Shown here: in pieces, positions 20,104 through 30,019 of the stretch
Numbering within the stretch: the stretch's first letter is position 1
How the letters are laid out: each line of letters starts with the position of its first letter
DNA from: an uncultured Eubacteriales bacterium
GTDB lineage: Bacteria > Bacillota > Clostridia > Oscillospirales > Oscillospiraceae
Direction: 5' to 3'
Assembly: GCA_900319695.1 (NCBI GenBank)
Contig: ONPN01000026.1
Coordinates: 3,063 to 67,062 of the forward strand
Length of the DNA stretch: 64,000 nucleotides
The notes under the pieces: model-generated
What the model was told of the DNA's origin: nothing
Database searches by the model: none
Seen by the model: the letters and a program-made list of their open reading frames with translations, nothing else
Made by a program: the position numbers and the translations under genes

Positions 20104-21684
20104 TTGAAGGATATTCTAAAACGCGGCTGGGCGCTGCTGCTCGTGCTGATCCTGGCAGGCGGGGTCTGCCTGCTCTTCTCAACGCGCAAGCAGGGCATGT
20201 TCATCGACGAGATCTACACCTACGGCCTGTCCAACTCCAGCTATGCCCCCTTCCTCTCGGACGTGAAGGGCGGAAGCCTTGACCACAAGACCGTCACCCG
20301 GGACGAGCTGCTGGATTACGTCAGCGTCACGGGGGACGAGGGCTTTGACTTTGGCTCCGTCTACTATAACCAGGTCCACGACGTACACCCGCCGCTCTAC
20401 TATTGGCTGTTCAACATCGCCTCGACCTTCGCGGGAGGCCGCTTCTCCAAGTGGACCGGCCTCGTGCTGGACGGGATCCTTTACCTCGGCACGGTCGCGA
20501 TGCTCTACGCGCTGGCGCGAAAGCTCGGCGGCAGGCGCTATATCGCGGCGTCCATCGCGGTGCTATACGGACTGAGCGTGATCGGCCTGTCCACCATGGT
20601 GATGATCCGCATGTACGTCCTGCTCGCCCTGCTGACCGTCGTGCTCATGTACTTCATCGCCGACCTCATGCAAAATTTTAAGCCCCGCACCTGTGTCTTT
20701 GTCTGGCTTACGCTGCTGGCGGGGCTTTTGACGCAGTACTATTTCGTGTTCTACGCCTTCTTCCTCTGCGCGGCCTATGTGCTCTGGGCGCTGGTGAAGC
20801 GGCAGTACAAGGCCCTCGCGTGGTTTGTCCCCTGCGCCCTGATCGGGGCCGCGTCGCTGATCCTCGTCTTCCCGGCAGCGCTCGATCACCTCTTCTCCGG
20901 CAAGCTGGTCTCCGGGGAGAGCGCGATGGACAACCTCAAAAACTTTGCCCAGTACCCCGTCCGTCTGCGCACCTTCATGGGCTTCGCCACCCACGGGCTC
21001 AAGGCCGCGATCTACACGGCCCTCATCTGTGTCGGTACGCTCTGCGGCGTGTTCCCGCGCCTCCAGGCGGCGAGCTTTGATAAGCGCCTGAATCTCAACT
21101 GGCTGGTGTTCATCCTCCCCGCCTTTGTCACCTTCGTGCTGGTGGCGGTGATCTCCCCGGTGGACGAGGCGCGCTACATCTACAACCTCATCCCGGCCCT
21201 CGTGCTGGCGGTCGGTTTCTTGCTCGACGTGACGGACACGACGCTCGGCGACAAAACGCTCACGGATTTTGCGCGCGTCCTCGCCTTTCTCGCGATCGCC
21301 GTCCTCGCCCTGTACCAGGCCCGCTCCGCCCCGCCGGATTACCTCTATCCCGAGCATGCCGAGTATAACGCCATGCTCAAAGAGCGCGCCGCCGACCCCT
21401 GCGTCTATTTCTCCGACGATCACTTTGAGCCTCTGACTGAGGACCTGATCCAGCTTTTGACCTTTGACGAGGTCTATGTCACGGATGATCAGGACCTCGC
21501 CCCCATGCTTGACTATGTCGGGGACGCGGACGAAGTCGTGGTCTACATCGACACCAGCGTCTTTTGGTCCAGCGGCTACGACGCGGATGAGATCCTCGGC
21601 CGCATCCGGACCGAGACCGACTACAAGCAGGCCGAAGAGCTTTTCACCACCGGCCTGTCCACCACCTATGTGATTTCAAAGTAA
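20104..21684 (+). CDS. multi-pass membrane glycosyltransferase, GT-C fold (GT39/ArnT-PMT-like)
   Basis: ORF 19987..21684; start proposed at TTG 20104, 9 nt after GGAGG. Has an early DE(I)Y motif (FIDEIYTYGLS), HPPLYYWLF, and more than 10 TM segments. Confidence 0.7.
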   Translation: MKDILKRGWALLLVLILAGGVCLLFSTRKQGMFIDEIYTYGLSNSSYAPFLSDVKGGSLDHKTVTRDELLDYVSVTGDEGFDFGSVYYNQVHDVHPPLYYWLFNIASTFAGGRFSKWTGLVLDGILYLGTVAMLYALARKLGGRRYIAASIAVLYGLSVIGLSTMVMIRMYVLLALLTVVLMYFIADLMQNFKPRTCVFVWLTLLAGLLTQYYFVFYAFFLCAAYVLWALVKRQYKALAWFVPCALIGAASLILVFPAALDHLFSGKLVSGESAMDNLKNFAQYPVRLRTFMGFATHGLKAAIYTALICVGTLCGVFPRLQAASFDKRLNLNWLVFILPAFVTFVLVAVISPVDEARYIYNLIPALVLAVGFLLDVTDTTLGDKTLTDFARVLAFLAIAVLALYQARSAPPDYLYPEHAEYNAMLKERAADPCVYFSDDHFEPLTEDLIQLLTFDEVYVTDDQDLAPMLDYVGDADEVVVYIDTSVFWSSGYDADEILGRIRTETDYKQAEELFTTGLSTTYVISK

Positions 21685-21696
21685 GGAGCGATCCCC

Positions 21697-22626
21697 ATGC
21701 TCTCTGTTGTTCTCCCCTCGTATAACGAAGAAAAAATGATCCCCATCGCGACGGAACGCCTCGGCGAAATTCTGAGCGGGGCCGGTATCGACTACGAGCT
21801 CCTGTTTGTGGACGACGGCTCCCGCGACGGCACCTGGCGCGAGATCCTGTGTGCCAGCTCCGCCGATCCCCACGTTGTCGGCGTCCACTTCAGCCGCAAC
21901 TTCGGCAAGGAGGCCGCCATGTTCGCGGGCCTTGAGAAGGCGAAAGGCGACTGCGTCGTGGTCATCGACTGCGATCTCCAGCACCCGCCCGAGAAGATCG
22001 TGGACATGTATCGCCTCTGGGAGGAGGGCTATGAGGTTGTGGAGGGTATCAAGGAGGACCGCGGCGAGGAGAGCGGCTTCCACAAATTTGCGGCCAACAG
22101 CTTCTACGGCCTCATCAGCAGGGCGACCGGCATGGACATGGGCGCCTCCTCGGACTTTAAGCTGCTTGACCGCAAGGTCGTGGATACGCTCAACGCCCTG
22201 CCGGAGCGCAACGTCTTCTTCCGCGCCCTGTCCTTCTGGGTGGGCTATAAGAAGACGGAGGTGCTCTACCGTGTGCAGGAGCGCACCGAGGGCGTGAGCA
22301 AGTGGTCCACCAAGTCCCTCATCAAGTACGCCATCACGAATATCGCCTCCTTCTCCTCCGCTCCCCTGCATATGGTCACGGTCATGGGCGTGCTGACGCT
22401 CATCGTGGCGGTGGTTTTCGGGGTGATCTCCCTCGTGCAGAAGATCGCGGGCACGGCCCAGCCGGGCTTTACCACGGTGATCCTGCTGCTGCTCATCATC
22501 GGCAGCTTTCTGATGATCTCCCTCGGCATCATCGGCTACTACCTCGCCCGCATCTATGACGAGATCAAGGGCCGCCCGCGCTATATCATTTCCCGCGTCT
22601 GCGGTCGGGAAGGAGAAAACAAATGA
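21697..22626 (+). CDS. polyprenol-phosphate glycosyltransferase (GT2, GtrB/ArnC/DPM1-like)
   Basis: SVVLPSYNEE...VDDGSRDGT...FSRNFGKEAAMFAGL...VVIDCDLQHPPE, plus two C-terminal TM helices. Confidence 0.85.
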   Translation: MLSVVLPSYNEEKMIPIATERLGEILSGAGIDYELLFVDDGSRDGTWREILCASSADPHVVGVHFSRNFGKEAAMFAGLEKAKGDCVVVIDCDLQHPPEKIVDMYRLWEEGYEVVEGIKEDRGEESGFHKFAANSFYGLISRATGMDMGASSDFKLLDRKVVDTLNALPERNVFFRALSFWVGYKKTEVLYRVQERTEGVSKWSTKSLIKYAITNIASFSSAPLHMVTVMGVLTLIVAVVFGVISLVQKIAGTAQPGFTTVILLLLIIGSFLMISLGIIGYYLARIYDEIKGRPRYIISRVCGREGENK

Positions 22627-23057
22627 TCGAAAAAATCAAAGCCCTCTGCGTCAAGTACAGAGAGCTCATCGTCTACATCATCGTCGGCGGCCTCACCACC
22701 GTGGTGGCCTGGGCGGCCAAGTTTCTGTTCCTCTATCTGGTTTTCGGCGGCACGGCTCACCCGACGGCGGGGCAGAACACCGTTCTGTCCATTGTGGAGA
22801 ACGTCGCGGGCATCGCCTTTGCCTATCCCACCAACCGCAAATGGGTCTTCCAAAGTCAGAACCCCAACATCGGCGCCGAGCTCGTCAGCTTCATCGGCTC
22901 CCGCCTGGTCACGATGGTTTTGGGCTGGCTGCTGAACCTGCTGATCGTGAACGTCATGGGCTTCTCCACCTTCGTCGGCACCATCGTCGCCGCCATCGCC
23001 GTCGTCATCGGCAACTACGTTATCAGCAAGCTGTTTGTGTTTAAGAAAAAAGCGTAA
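22623..23057 (+). CDS. GtrA family membrane protein (lipid-linked sugar translocase-like)
   Basis: 144 aa with 4 TM segments. YIIVGGLTTVVAW...YPTNRKWVF..., typical of GtrA. Overlaps the GT2 stop (ATGA). Confidence 0.85.
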   Translation: MIEKIKALCVKYRELIVYIIVGGLTTVVAWAAKFLFLYLVFGGTAHPTAGQNTVLSIVENVAGIAFAYPTNRKWVFQSQNPNIGAELVSFIGSRLVTMVLGWLLNLLIVNVMGFSTFVGTIVAAIAVVIGNYVISKLFVFKKKA

Positions 23058-23062
23058 AAAAC

Positions 23063-23098
23063 TGTCATCCTGTGCAAAGCTCAGGATGACATGTTTTA
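23063..23098 (+). terminator. rho-independent terminator after the GtrA gene
   Basis: tgtcatcctg-tgcaaagct-caggatgaca followed by tgtttta. Confidence 0.75.
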
Positions 23099-23245
23099 TA
23101 CTCTTCTCCAATAGACCGCTATGAATCTTTCCGGCCGGATTTGCGCCATGCTTCGTTATCGCCCTTGGCAATACACAAAGTATTCCCTGCGGGCGCTGCC
23201 TTGCCTGACACAAATCCGCCTCGGAAATCTTTCTGGAGAAGAGTA

Positions 23246-24127
23246 TTATCTTCGGCTCACGCTGTCGGCCAGTTCCCGGACAAGTTTTCTCGCGGCGGCT
23301 TCCCGCTCGGCAAGGCTGGGCTCTGCTTTCTCCGCGACCTCGGCCAAGACCTTTTTCTCCTTTTTCCGCGCATGGCGGCGCACAAAGAAAGCAATGGGCA
23401 CGCCGGTGCAGACAAAGGAGCCGAGCACGCGCAGCAGCTTCGAGATCGCGGCGTAGTCCTCCCAGAAGAAGGGCAGCACCGCGTCCAATAGTCCAAACAG
23501 CAGACACAGGCTGATGATCGTGAGAATGCTCCGCCGGTTCAGGATCTTTTTCAGCGGCAGATCGGGAAAGGCCGTCTTGACCGCGAGGGTGAAGATCAGC
23601 ACCGCCATCAGCGCGGCGGCGAGCCAGCTCACCAGCGTCAGCGCCGCCGGTGACAGAACCGAGCTCCACAGCGTGGAGGCCAGCGACATGGCCGCCGTCC
23701 CGATGCCCCAGAGCGGCACGCCCACCAGCGCCCGCACCCCGGCGGGAGCAGAACGCATGATCGAGCGCACGCCCGCGTGTACGCCGCGCTTTTTCTCTTC
23801 GGTGCCGGTCTCGTCGCAGGGCTCGTCCGCGCCGACGTCGACGGTTTCGGCCTCGTTTGCGCTGCTGTCAAGCGTCTGGATCACCGTCTCGGGCCCGTCG
23901 CTCAGAATCTCCTCCGGGGAGGCATAGGCTCCGCCGACCAGCACGCCCGCCGCCGTCACCGCGACGACCGCCGAGGCCGCGGCCGCCCCGTGGGAGGAGA
24001 TGGTCTCCTTGAGCTTCACGTCCGGAACCTTCAAATCAGGCATTTTCAATTCCGGGACCTTCAGCTCCGGCGTCTTCAGCTTGAGCTTTTTCGGCTTGAT
24101 TTTTTTTAGTTTATCTTTCAAGGCCAT
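23246..24127 (-). CDS. hypothetical membrane protein with N-terminal K/P-rich pentapeptide repeats
   Basis: GGAGG RBS. N-terminus LKLKTPELKVPELKMPDLKVPDVKLKE, then about 5 TM segments. No family recognised. Confidence 0.55.
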   Translation of the reverse strand: MALKDKLKKIKPKKLKLKTPELKVPELKMPDLKVPDVKLKETISSHGAAAASAVVAVTAAGVLVGGAYASPEEILSDGPETVIQTLDSSANEAETVDVGADEPCDETGTEEKKRGVHAGVRSIMRSAPAGVRALVGVPLWGIGTAAMSLASTLWSSVLSPAALTLVSWLAAALMAVLIFTLAVKTAFPDLPLKKILNRRSILTIISLCLLFGLLDAVLPFFWEDYAAISKLLRVLGSFVCTGVPIAFFVRRHARKKEKKVLAEVAEKAEPSLAEREAAARKLVRELADSVSRR

Positions 24128-24219
24128 GTGATCGCCTCCGTTTCAAGGGCTGTATACGGAACAAAACCGCTTGCTCCACCGTCCTTCTATCAGACACAGC
24201 ACGAAAGGAGTCTGTTCCT

Positions 24220-24471
24220 GTGGAAAAATTTGTCCCGTTTGAGAAGCTCTCCAAAAAGGAGAAGCGCAAACAGAACCGCGCAAGGCGCAATGGCTGGGGC
24301 GCGCTTTCGCCGGTGACGCGGAAGCCCGCAAACCCCAGGGCCTACAAGAGAAGAAAGGCACAGCGGCCGGACGACGGCGACGCTGTGCCTTTTGTTTTCT
24401 CAGCGCTTACTTATCCAGATAGCACTTCAAAAGCTCCTGCATCAGCTCGTCCCGGTCGATGCGGCAGATGA
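24220..24471 (+). CDS. small highly basic hypothetical protein
   Basis: GTG start 9 nt after AAAGGAG: MEKFVPFEKLSKKEKRKQNRARRNGWGALSPVTRKPANPRAYKRRKAQ... The 3' end is doubtful because the ORF reads through a terminator hairpin and overlaps ireB. Confidence 0.4.
   Translation: MEKFVPFEKLSKKEKRKQNRARRNGWGALSPVTRKPANPRAYKRRKAQRPDDGDAVPFVFSALTYPDSTSKAPASARPGRCGR
24354..24399. terminator. bidirectional terminator hairpin
   Basis: ggcacagcg...cgctgtgcc stem with T-runs on both strands. It sits immediately 3' of ireB on the minus strand. Confidence 0.7.
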
Positions 24472-24649
24472 GCGTGCGGGCGTTATTGTAGTTGGTGATG
24501 TAGGTCGGGTCCTCGGAGAGGATATAGCCCACGATCTGGTTGATGGGGTTGTAGCCCTTGACCATCAGTGAGTTATACACCGAGGAGAGAATCTCCTTCA
24601 TCTCGGCCTTGCTGTCCAGCGCTGTAAATTTACGGGTTGCGTCTTCCAC
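24407..24649 (-). CDS. ireB: IreB family regulatory phosphoprotein (UPF0297/YrzL)
   Basis: 80 aa. EILSSVYNSLMVKGYNPINQIVGYILSEDPTYITNYNNARTLI is the conserved UPF0297 core. Confidence 0.85.
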   Translation of the reverse strand: MEDATRKFTALDSKAEMKEILSSVYNSLMVKGYNPINQIVGYILSEDPTYITNYNNARTLICRIDRDELMQELLKCYLDK

Positions 24650-24774
24650 GGCGAAGCCCTCCTTTTCGTTTTTCTTGGCTTCATTATAACAGAAAACAAA
24701 ATCAAGTAAAGTATGAAGCCGTCGAAAAATCTTTAAGATTGCTTAATTTTTTGAACTTGTCCTTCCCGCGGAAC

Positions 24775-25890
24775 TCAACCCACAGACTCCGGAAGCACGG
24801 GTGCGGCGGCCTTCTTTTTGCCGAGCAGGCGTGTGAACACACCGAGGCCAAGCACGATGGAAACCAGCTTCAGCACGGCGGAGACATAGGGGACAGCCGC
24901 CAGCACGGCCCAGACCAGCAGGCCGATCGCGAGCTCCGCCCAGTAATTGCGGGTCTTTTTAAGCGCCTTGCGCCAGAGCAGCGCGCCGACAAAGAAGCCG
25001 AGAAACACCGGCGCGGCGAGCAGGGCCGCCATATAGACCGGCAGCAGCACAAAGGCAGCGCGCAGGCCGACGCCCGTGATCATCAGAATAATGGCGGCAA
25101 GCGGAAGCCCGGCCAACACGGCAAAGCCGATGCCGGCGGTTTTGGCGTAGCTGCCGAAGCTCTTGCCGGTATAGTCGGCGTCCAGCTTTTCCCACAGCGG
25201 GGTGACCCAGAGCAGAAAATAAGCGATAATCAGCAGGCCGGCAAAACGGAACAGGCAGGATCTGACCGTGGACAGGATTGAGGGAGCGCCGGATCGGGCA
25301 GCCGCCTCGCTGCTGTCCGCCTGCTTCTCCGCATAGACCTCGGCGCGGGAGAGGATCTCGGCCGGGGCGCTGATCGCGGCGCTCGCGTTATAGTGGAGCG
25401 TGCCCTCAATCTCGGCGTCGTCCGTGACCGTGATCTGCTCAGCGGAGAGAAGGACGTCGCCGCCCACATGGCCGCTGATCACGACGCTTCTGCCGGCCGC
25501 CGTCAGATCGCGCCCGATAGAGCCGCGGACCTCCAACGTCTCGGCGACGGCGACCATGTCGCGCCCGCAGTCGCCGCTGATGCTGAGACTATTGCCCGCG
25601 ACAAAGGCGTCCCGGAGAATACTGCCGGAGAGCGACACCATATTGCCCGCGACAAAGGCGTACTCGCTGGAGCCGCCCACGCTCACGGTGTTGCCGGCCT
25701 CAAAGAGAATGCCCTTGACGTCGGCGGTGCTGACGGGGCTTGCGCCCGCGAGAAAGGCTGTCGCGTCGATCTCGCCGCTCAGACTCTGCGTCTCTTCGGA
25801 GAAGACCACCTCGGCAAAGGCGGCCGGGGCCAGGGACAGGGTCAGCAGGAGAACAAGCAGCAGGCAGGCCCAAGATCTGTAAGTTTTCAT
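24775..25890 (-). CDS. membrane protein with signal peptide, bactofilin-like beta-helical repeats and C-terminal TM domain
   Basis: Signal peptide LAPAAFA. Repeated AGN.V.V/ISG....D segments, then about 5 C-terminal TM helices. AGGAGG RBS. Confidence 0.55.
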   Translation of the reverse strand: MKTYRSWACLLLVLLLTLSLAPAAFAEVVFSEETQSLSGEIDATAFLAGASPVSTADVKGILFEAGNTVSVGGSSEYAFVAGNMVSLSGSILRDAFVAGNSLSISGDCGRDMVAVAETLEVRGSIGRDLTAAGRSVVISGHVGGDVLLSAEQITVTDDAEIEGTLHYNASAAISAPAEILSRAEVYAEKQADSSEAAARSGAPSILSTVRSCLFRFAGLLIIAYFLLWVTPLWEKLDADYTGKSFGSYAKTAGIGFAVLAGLPLAAIILMITGVGLRAAFVLLPVYMAALLAAPVFLGFFVGALLWRKALKKTRNYWAELAIGLLVWAVLAAVPYVSAVLKLVSIVLGLGVFTRLLGKKKAAAPVLPESVG

Positions 25891-26044
25891 TGAAATACCT
25901 CCTTAAAAATAGGAACATCACAGAAAACGACAAAGACTTTAGCACTTTCGTCTGTTTGCTGTTCCCATTATAGCAGAAAAGCGTCACAAGTAAAGGCGCA
26001 GGCGGTCAAAAAACTGCGCGAGCGGTTATGATTTCAAATTGACA

Positions 26045-26080
26045 CGCCCCCGCGCTGCACGAATCGGCAGCGCGGGGGCG
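26045..26080 (-). terminator. terminator downstream of pheT
   Basis: cgcccccgcgctgc...gcagcgcgggggcg, a 14-bp GC stem 14 nt past the pheT stop. Confidence 0.7.
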
Positions 26081-26093
26081 CTTGAAAGACGTA

Positions 26094-28738
26094 TTATCTC
26101 ATCACGGCGTTGTACTTGTCGCTCAGGGCCTTGAGCACCTTGGCGACGGTCTCCTCCGCGTGCTCGACCGTGAGGGTCTGCTCGTCGGAGCGCATGGTCA
26201 GCGAGAAGGCCACCGACTTCATCCCGGCAGCAATATGCGTGCCCATGTAAACGTCGAAAAGGGCGCAGTCCTTGAGGTACTGGCCGCCGTGCGCCATGAT
26301 GCAGTCCATCAGCTCGCCAACGGGAATGTCGGCCCTGCAGACCACCGCGATGTCGCGCGTGACGGAGGGGAAGCGCGGCAGGGGCTTGTAGACCGGCAGC
26401 GCGCCCTTGACGGTGTTCAGCGCGTCGAAGCTGAGCTCCGCGCAGTAGAAAGCGGCGTCCACACCGTAGTTGGCGGCGACCAGCGGGTGGATCTGACCCA
26501 GCACACCAATCTCCGTATCGCCCACAAAGAGCTTCGCGCAGCGGCCGGGGTGATAGGAGGGGTTGCTCTTCTCCGCGACAAATCTGGCCTTGCCCGCGCC
26601 AAGCTCCTTCAGGAGCTTTTCGACCCAGCCCTTGAGCGCGAAGAAGTCCATCTTCTCACCGTAGCCGCCGAGGGAGACGATCTTCGGCTCGTCCGCCATG
26701 CCGTCGGGCCGCTTGAGGTAGATGCGGCCGATCTCGTACAGGGCGGCCTCCTTGTTGTGGTCGTGCGCATGATGGAGGTGTCCTCGCCGAGGGGGTTCAA
26801 AATGCGCAGGCTGTCGCGCAGCGGGGAATCGACGGGCATGCGGATCTTGTCGTAATACGTGGGGCTGATGAAGGAATAGGTGATGATCTCGTCCAGACCC
26901 ATGCTGCGGCAGCATTCGCCGATCTTGCGCTCAAGCTGCTGGAGCGGGGTATAGCCGCCCGCCGTGGTGATGCCGCCGGTGAAGGTGGTAGGGATTTCGT
27001 TGTAGCCGTAGAAGCGGGCGACCTCTTCGGCGATGTCGGAGTAGTGCTCCACGTCGGCGCGCCAGGAGGGGACATAGATCGTGTCGCCGTCCAGCGTGAA
27101 GCCGAGCTTGATGAGGATGTCCCGCATGGTCTGCTCGTCGATGTCGGTGCCGAGCAGGGCGTTGACCTTCGCGGGCTCGAGCTTGACCGTGGTCTGCTTG
27201 AGCTCGTTCGGGCAGACGTCGATGACGCCCTCCACGACCTCGCCCGCGCCCAGCAGCTCGATGAGCTCGCAGGCGCGCTGCACGGCCTTGTAGGTGTTCT
27301 GGGGGTCGAGGCCCTTCTCGTAACGGGAGGAGGCGTCGGTGCGCATACCGAGGGCGGTGGCGGTGCGGCGGATGGAGGTGCCGTTGAAATTTGCAGACTC
27401 AAAGAGCACCATGGCCGTGTCGCCCACGATCTCGGAGTTTGCGCCGCCCATGACGCCGGCCACGCCCACGGGCTTCTCCGTGTCGCAGATGCAGAGCATC
27501 GAGGGGGTCAGCTTCCTCTCGGTTCCGTCGAGAGTCTGGATGGTCTCGCCCTCTCTGGCACAGCGGACGTGGATCTCCCCGCCCTTGACGCAGGAGAAGT
27601 CAAAGGCGTGCATCGGCTGGCCATACTCGAGCATGACATAGTTTGTGATGTCGACGATGTTGTTGATGGGGCGCATGCCCGCGTTGCGGATGCGCTCGCG
27701 CATCCAGGCGGGGGACGGCGCGATCTTCACGTTGCGCACCATGCGGCCGGTGTAGCGCACGCACAGCGGGTCTTCGATGAAGATTTTGGTCAGCTCGTTG
27801 ATGTCGCCGCCGGCGGTCGCCTTCACGACAGGCTCGTGCAGCCTGAGCTCTTTATCGAAGGTCACGGCCGCCTCACGGGCCAGACCGATCATGCACAGAC
27901 AGTCGGGGCGGTTCGGGGTGATCTCAAACTCCACCACATGGTCGTCGAGACCCAGCAGGGTGCGCATATCGTCGCCGGGTTTGCAGTCCTCGTGCAGGAT
28001 GAGGATGCCGTCCTCCATGCAGTGGGGGAACTCCTCCTGCTTTGCGTGCAGGTCCTCGAGCGTGCAGATTTTGTTCTTCGCCGTGTCGTAGGCCACCAGA
28101 TCGCCGACGTGCAGATTCTGAACGTCGAAGACGCCCGCGACGTCCGCTCCGCCGAGATCCAGCGCGACGTCCCAGAGATTGACGCCCGCGTTCGCGACGG
28201 CCTTGACCTGGCCCGCGACGACCTTGCCGAAGATCTTGTCGCCCGCCTTGACGTCGGCAGAGACAGAGGGCTTGGCGGGGTCGATGGCGTGGTAGTCGTT
28301 CAGAAGGGCGGCGGGCTTGATGACGGCGTAGGGGAAGTCGTGCGTCGTGACATTCAGCTCCTTGAGCGAGCAGAGCATACCCTCGGACGGAACGCCTCTG
28401 AGCTTGCCGCGCGTGATCTTCACGCCGCTCGGAAGCAGGGAGTTGTGCAGGGCCGCGGGGACAAGATCGCCCTCGTGGACGTTCCACGCGCCGGTGCAGA
28501 TCTGGACGGGCTCGCCCAGACCGACGTCAATCTGCGCGACCAGCATGTGGTCGGAGTTGGGGTGCTTTTCGAGCTTGAGGATTTTGCCGACCTTGACGTT
28601 TTTGATGCTCGCGCTCAGGTCCTCGGTCACCTCAACCTTGGAGCCGGAGATGGTCATGGCCTCGGCAAAGGTTCTGTCGTCGTACTGGTCAAGCGGCAGG
28701 TCTACGAACTCATTGAGCCATTTTCTTGAAAGCTTCAT
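26094..28738 (-). pseudogene. pheT: phenylalanine--tRNA ligase beta subunit, reading frame broken near 26758
   Basis: The N-terminal 652 codons (ORF 26609..28738: MKLSRKWLNEFVDLP...ILNPLGEDTSIMRTT) and the C-terminal ~228 codons (in ORF 26094..26915: ..NKEAALYEIGRIYLKRPDG...KALSDKYNAVMR) are in different frames. The total span of 2645 nt is not a multiple of 3. Confidence 0.85.
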
Positions 28739-28752
28739 CTGCCTGTCCTCCC

Positions 28753-29721
<969 letters not shown>

Positions 29722-29734
29722 AAGCCTTCGTCTC

Positions 29735-30000
29735 CTGTAAAAAATAAAAGCTTTCGTCCCATATTTGGGACGAAAGCTGAACTTCCGCGGTACCACCCAC
29801 GTTCGGTCAAATGACCGCGCTTGAAGCACTTAACGCGCGCCGCACGCCGGTGATTGGCCGGAGCTCCCGGGCGAACCAAACGCCTGCCCGTTCGGAGGCT
29901 CACAGCCCAGGCCCCCGATCTCTGAAAAGGACGTAAAGCGTTATTTTCCCGTTCATCGCAATAACAAAGGAAATTTATCACATTTAGCCAAAGATTGCAA
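29735..30000 (-). promoter_or_regulatory. T-box leader (Phe) with promoter and terminator, upstream of pheS
   Basis: On the minus strand: TTGCAA-17-TAAATT promoter (29995-30000 and downstream), GCGATGA K-turn, AGAGA box, and T-box sequence GGGTGGTACCGCG (29786-29798). The terminator is cagctttcgtccc..gggacgaaagc + T-run (29738-29779). A UUC triplet lies on the 3' side of the Stem I region. Confidence 0.85.
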
Positions 30001-30019
30001 GCGCTTTTTGTCATTTTTA

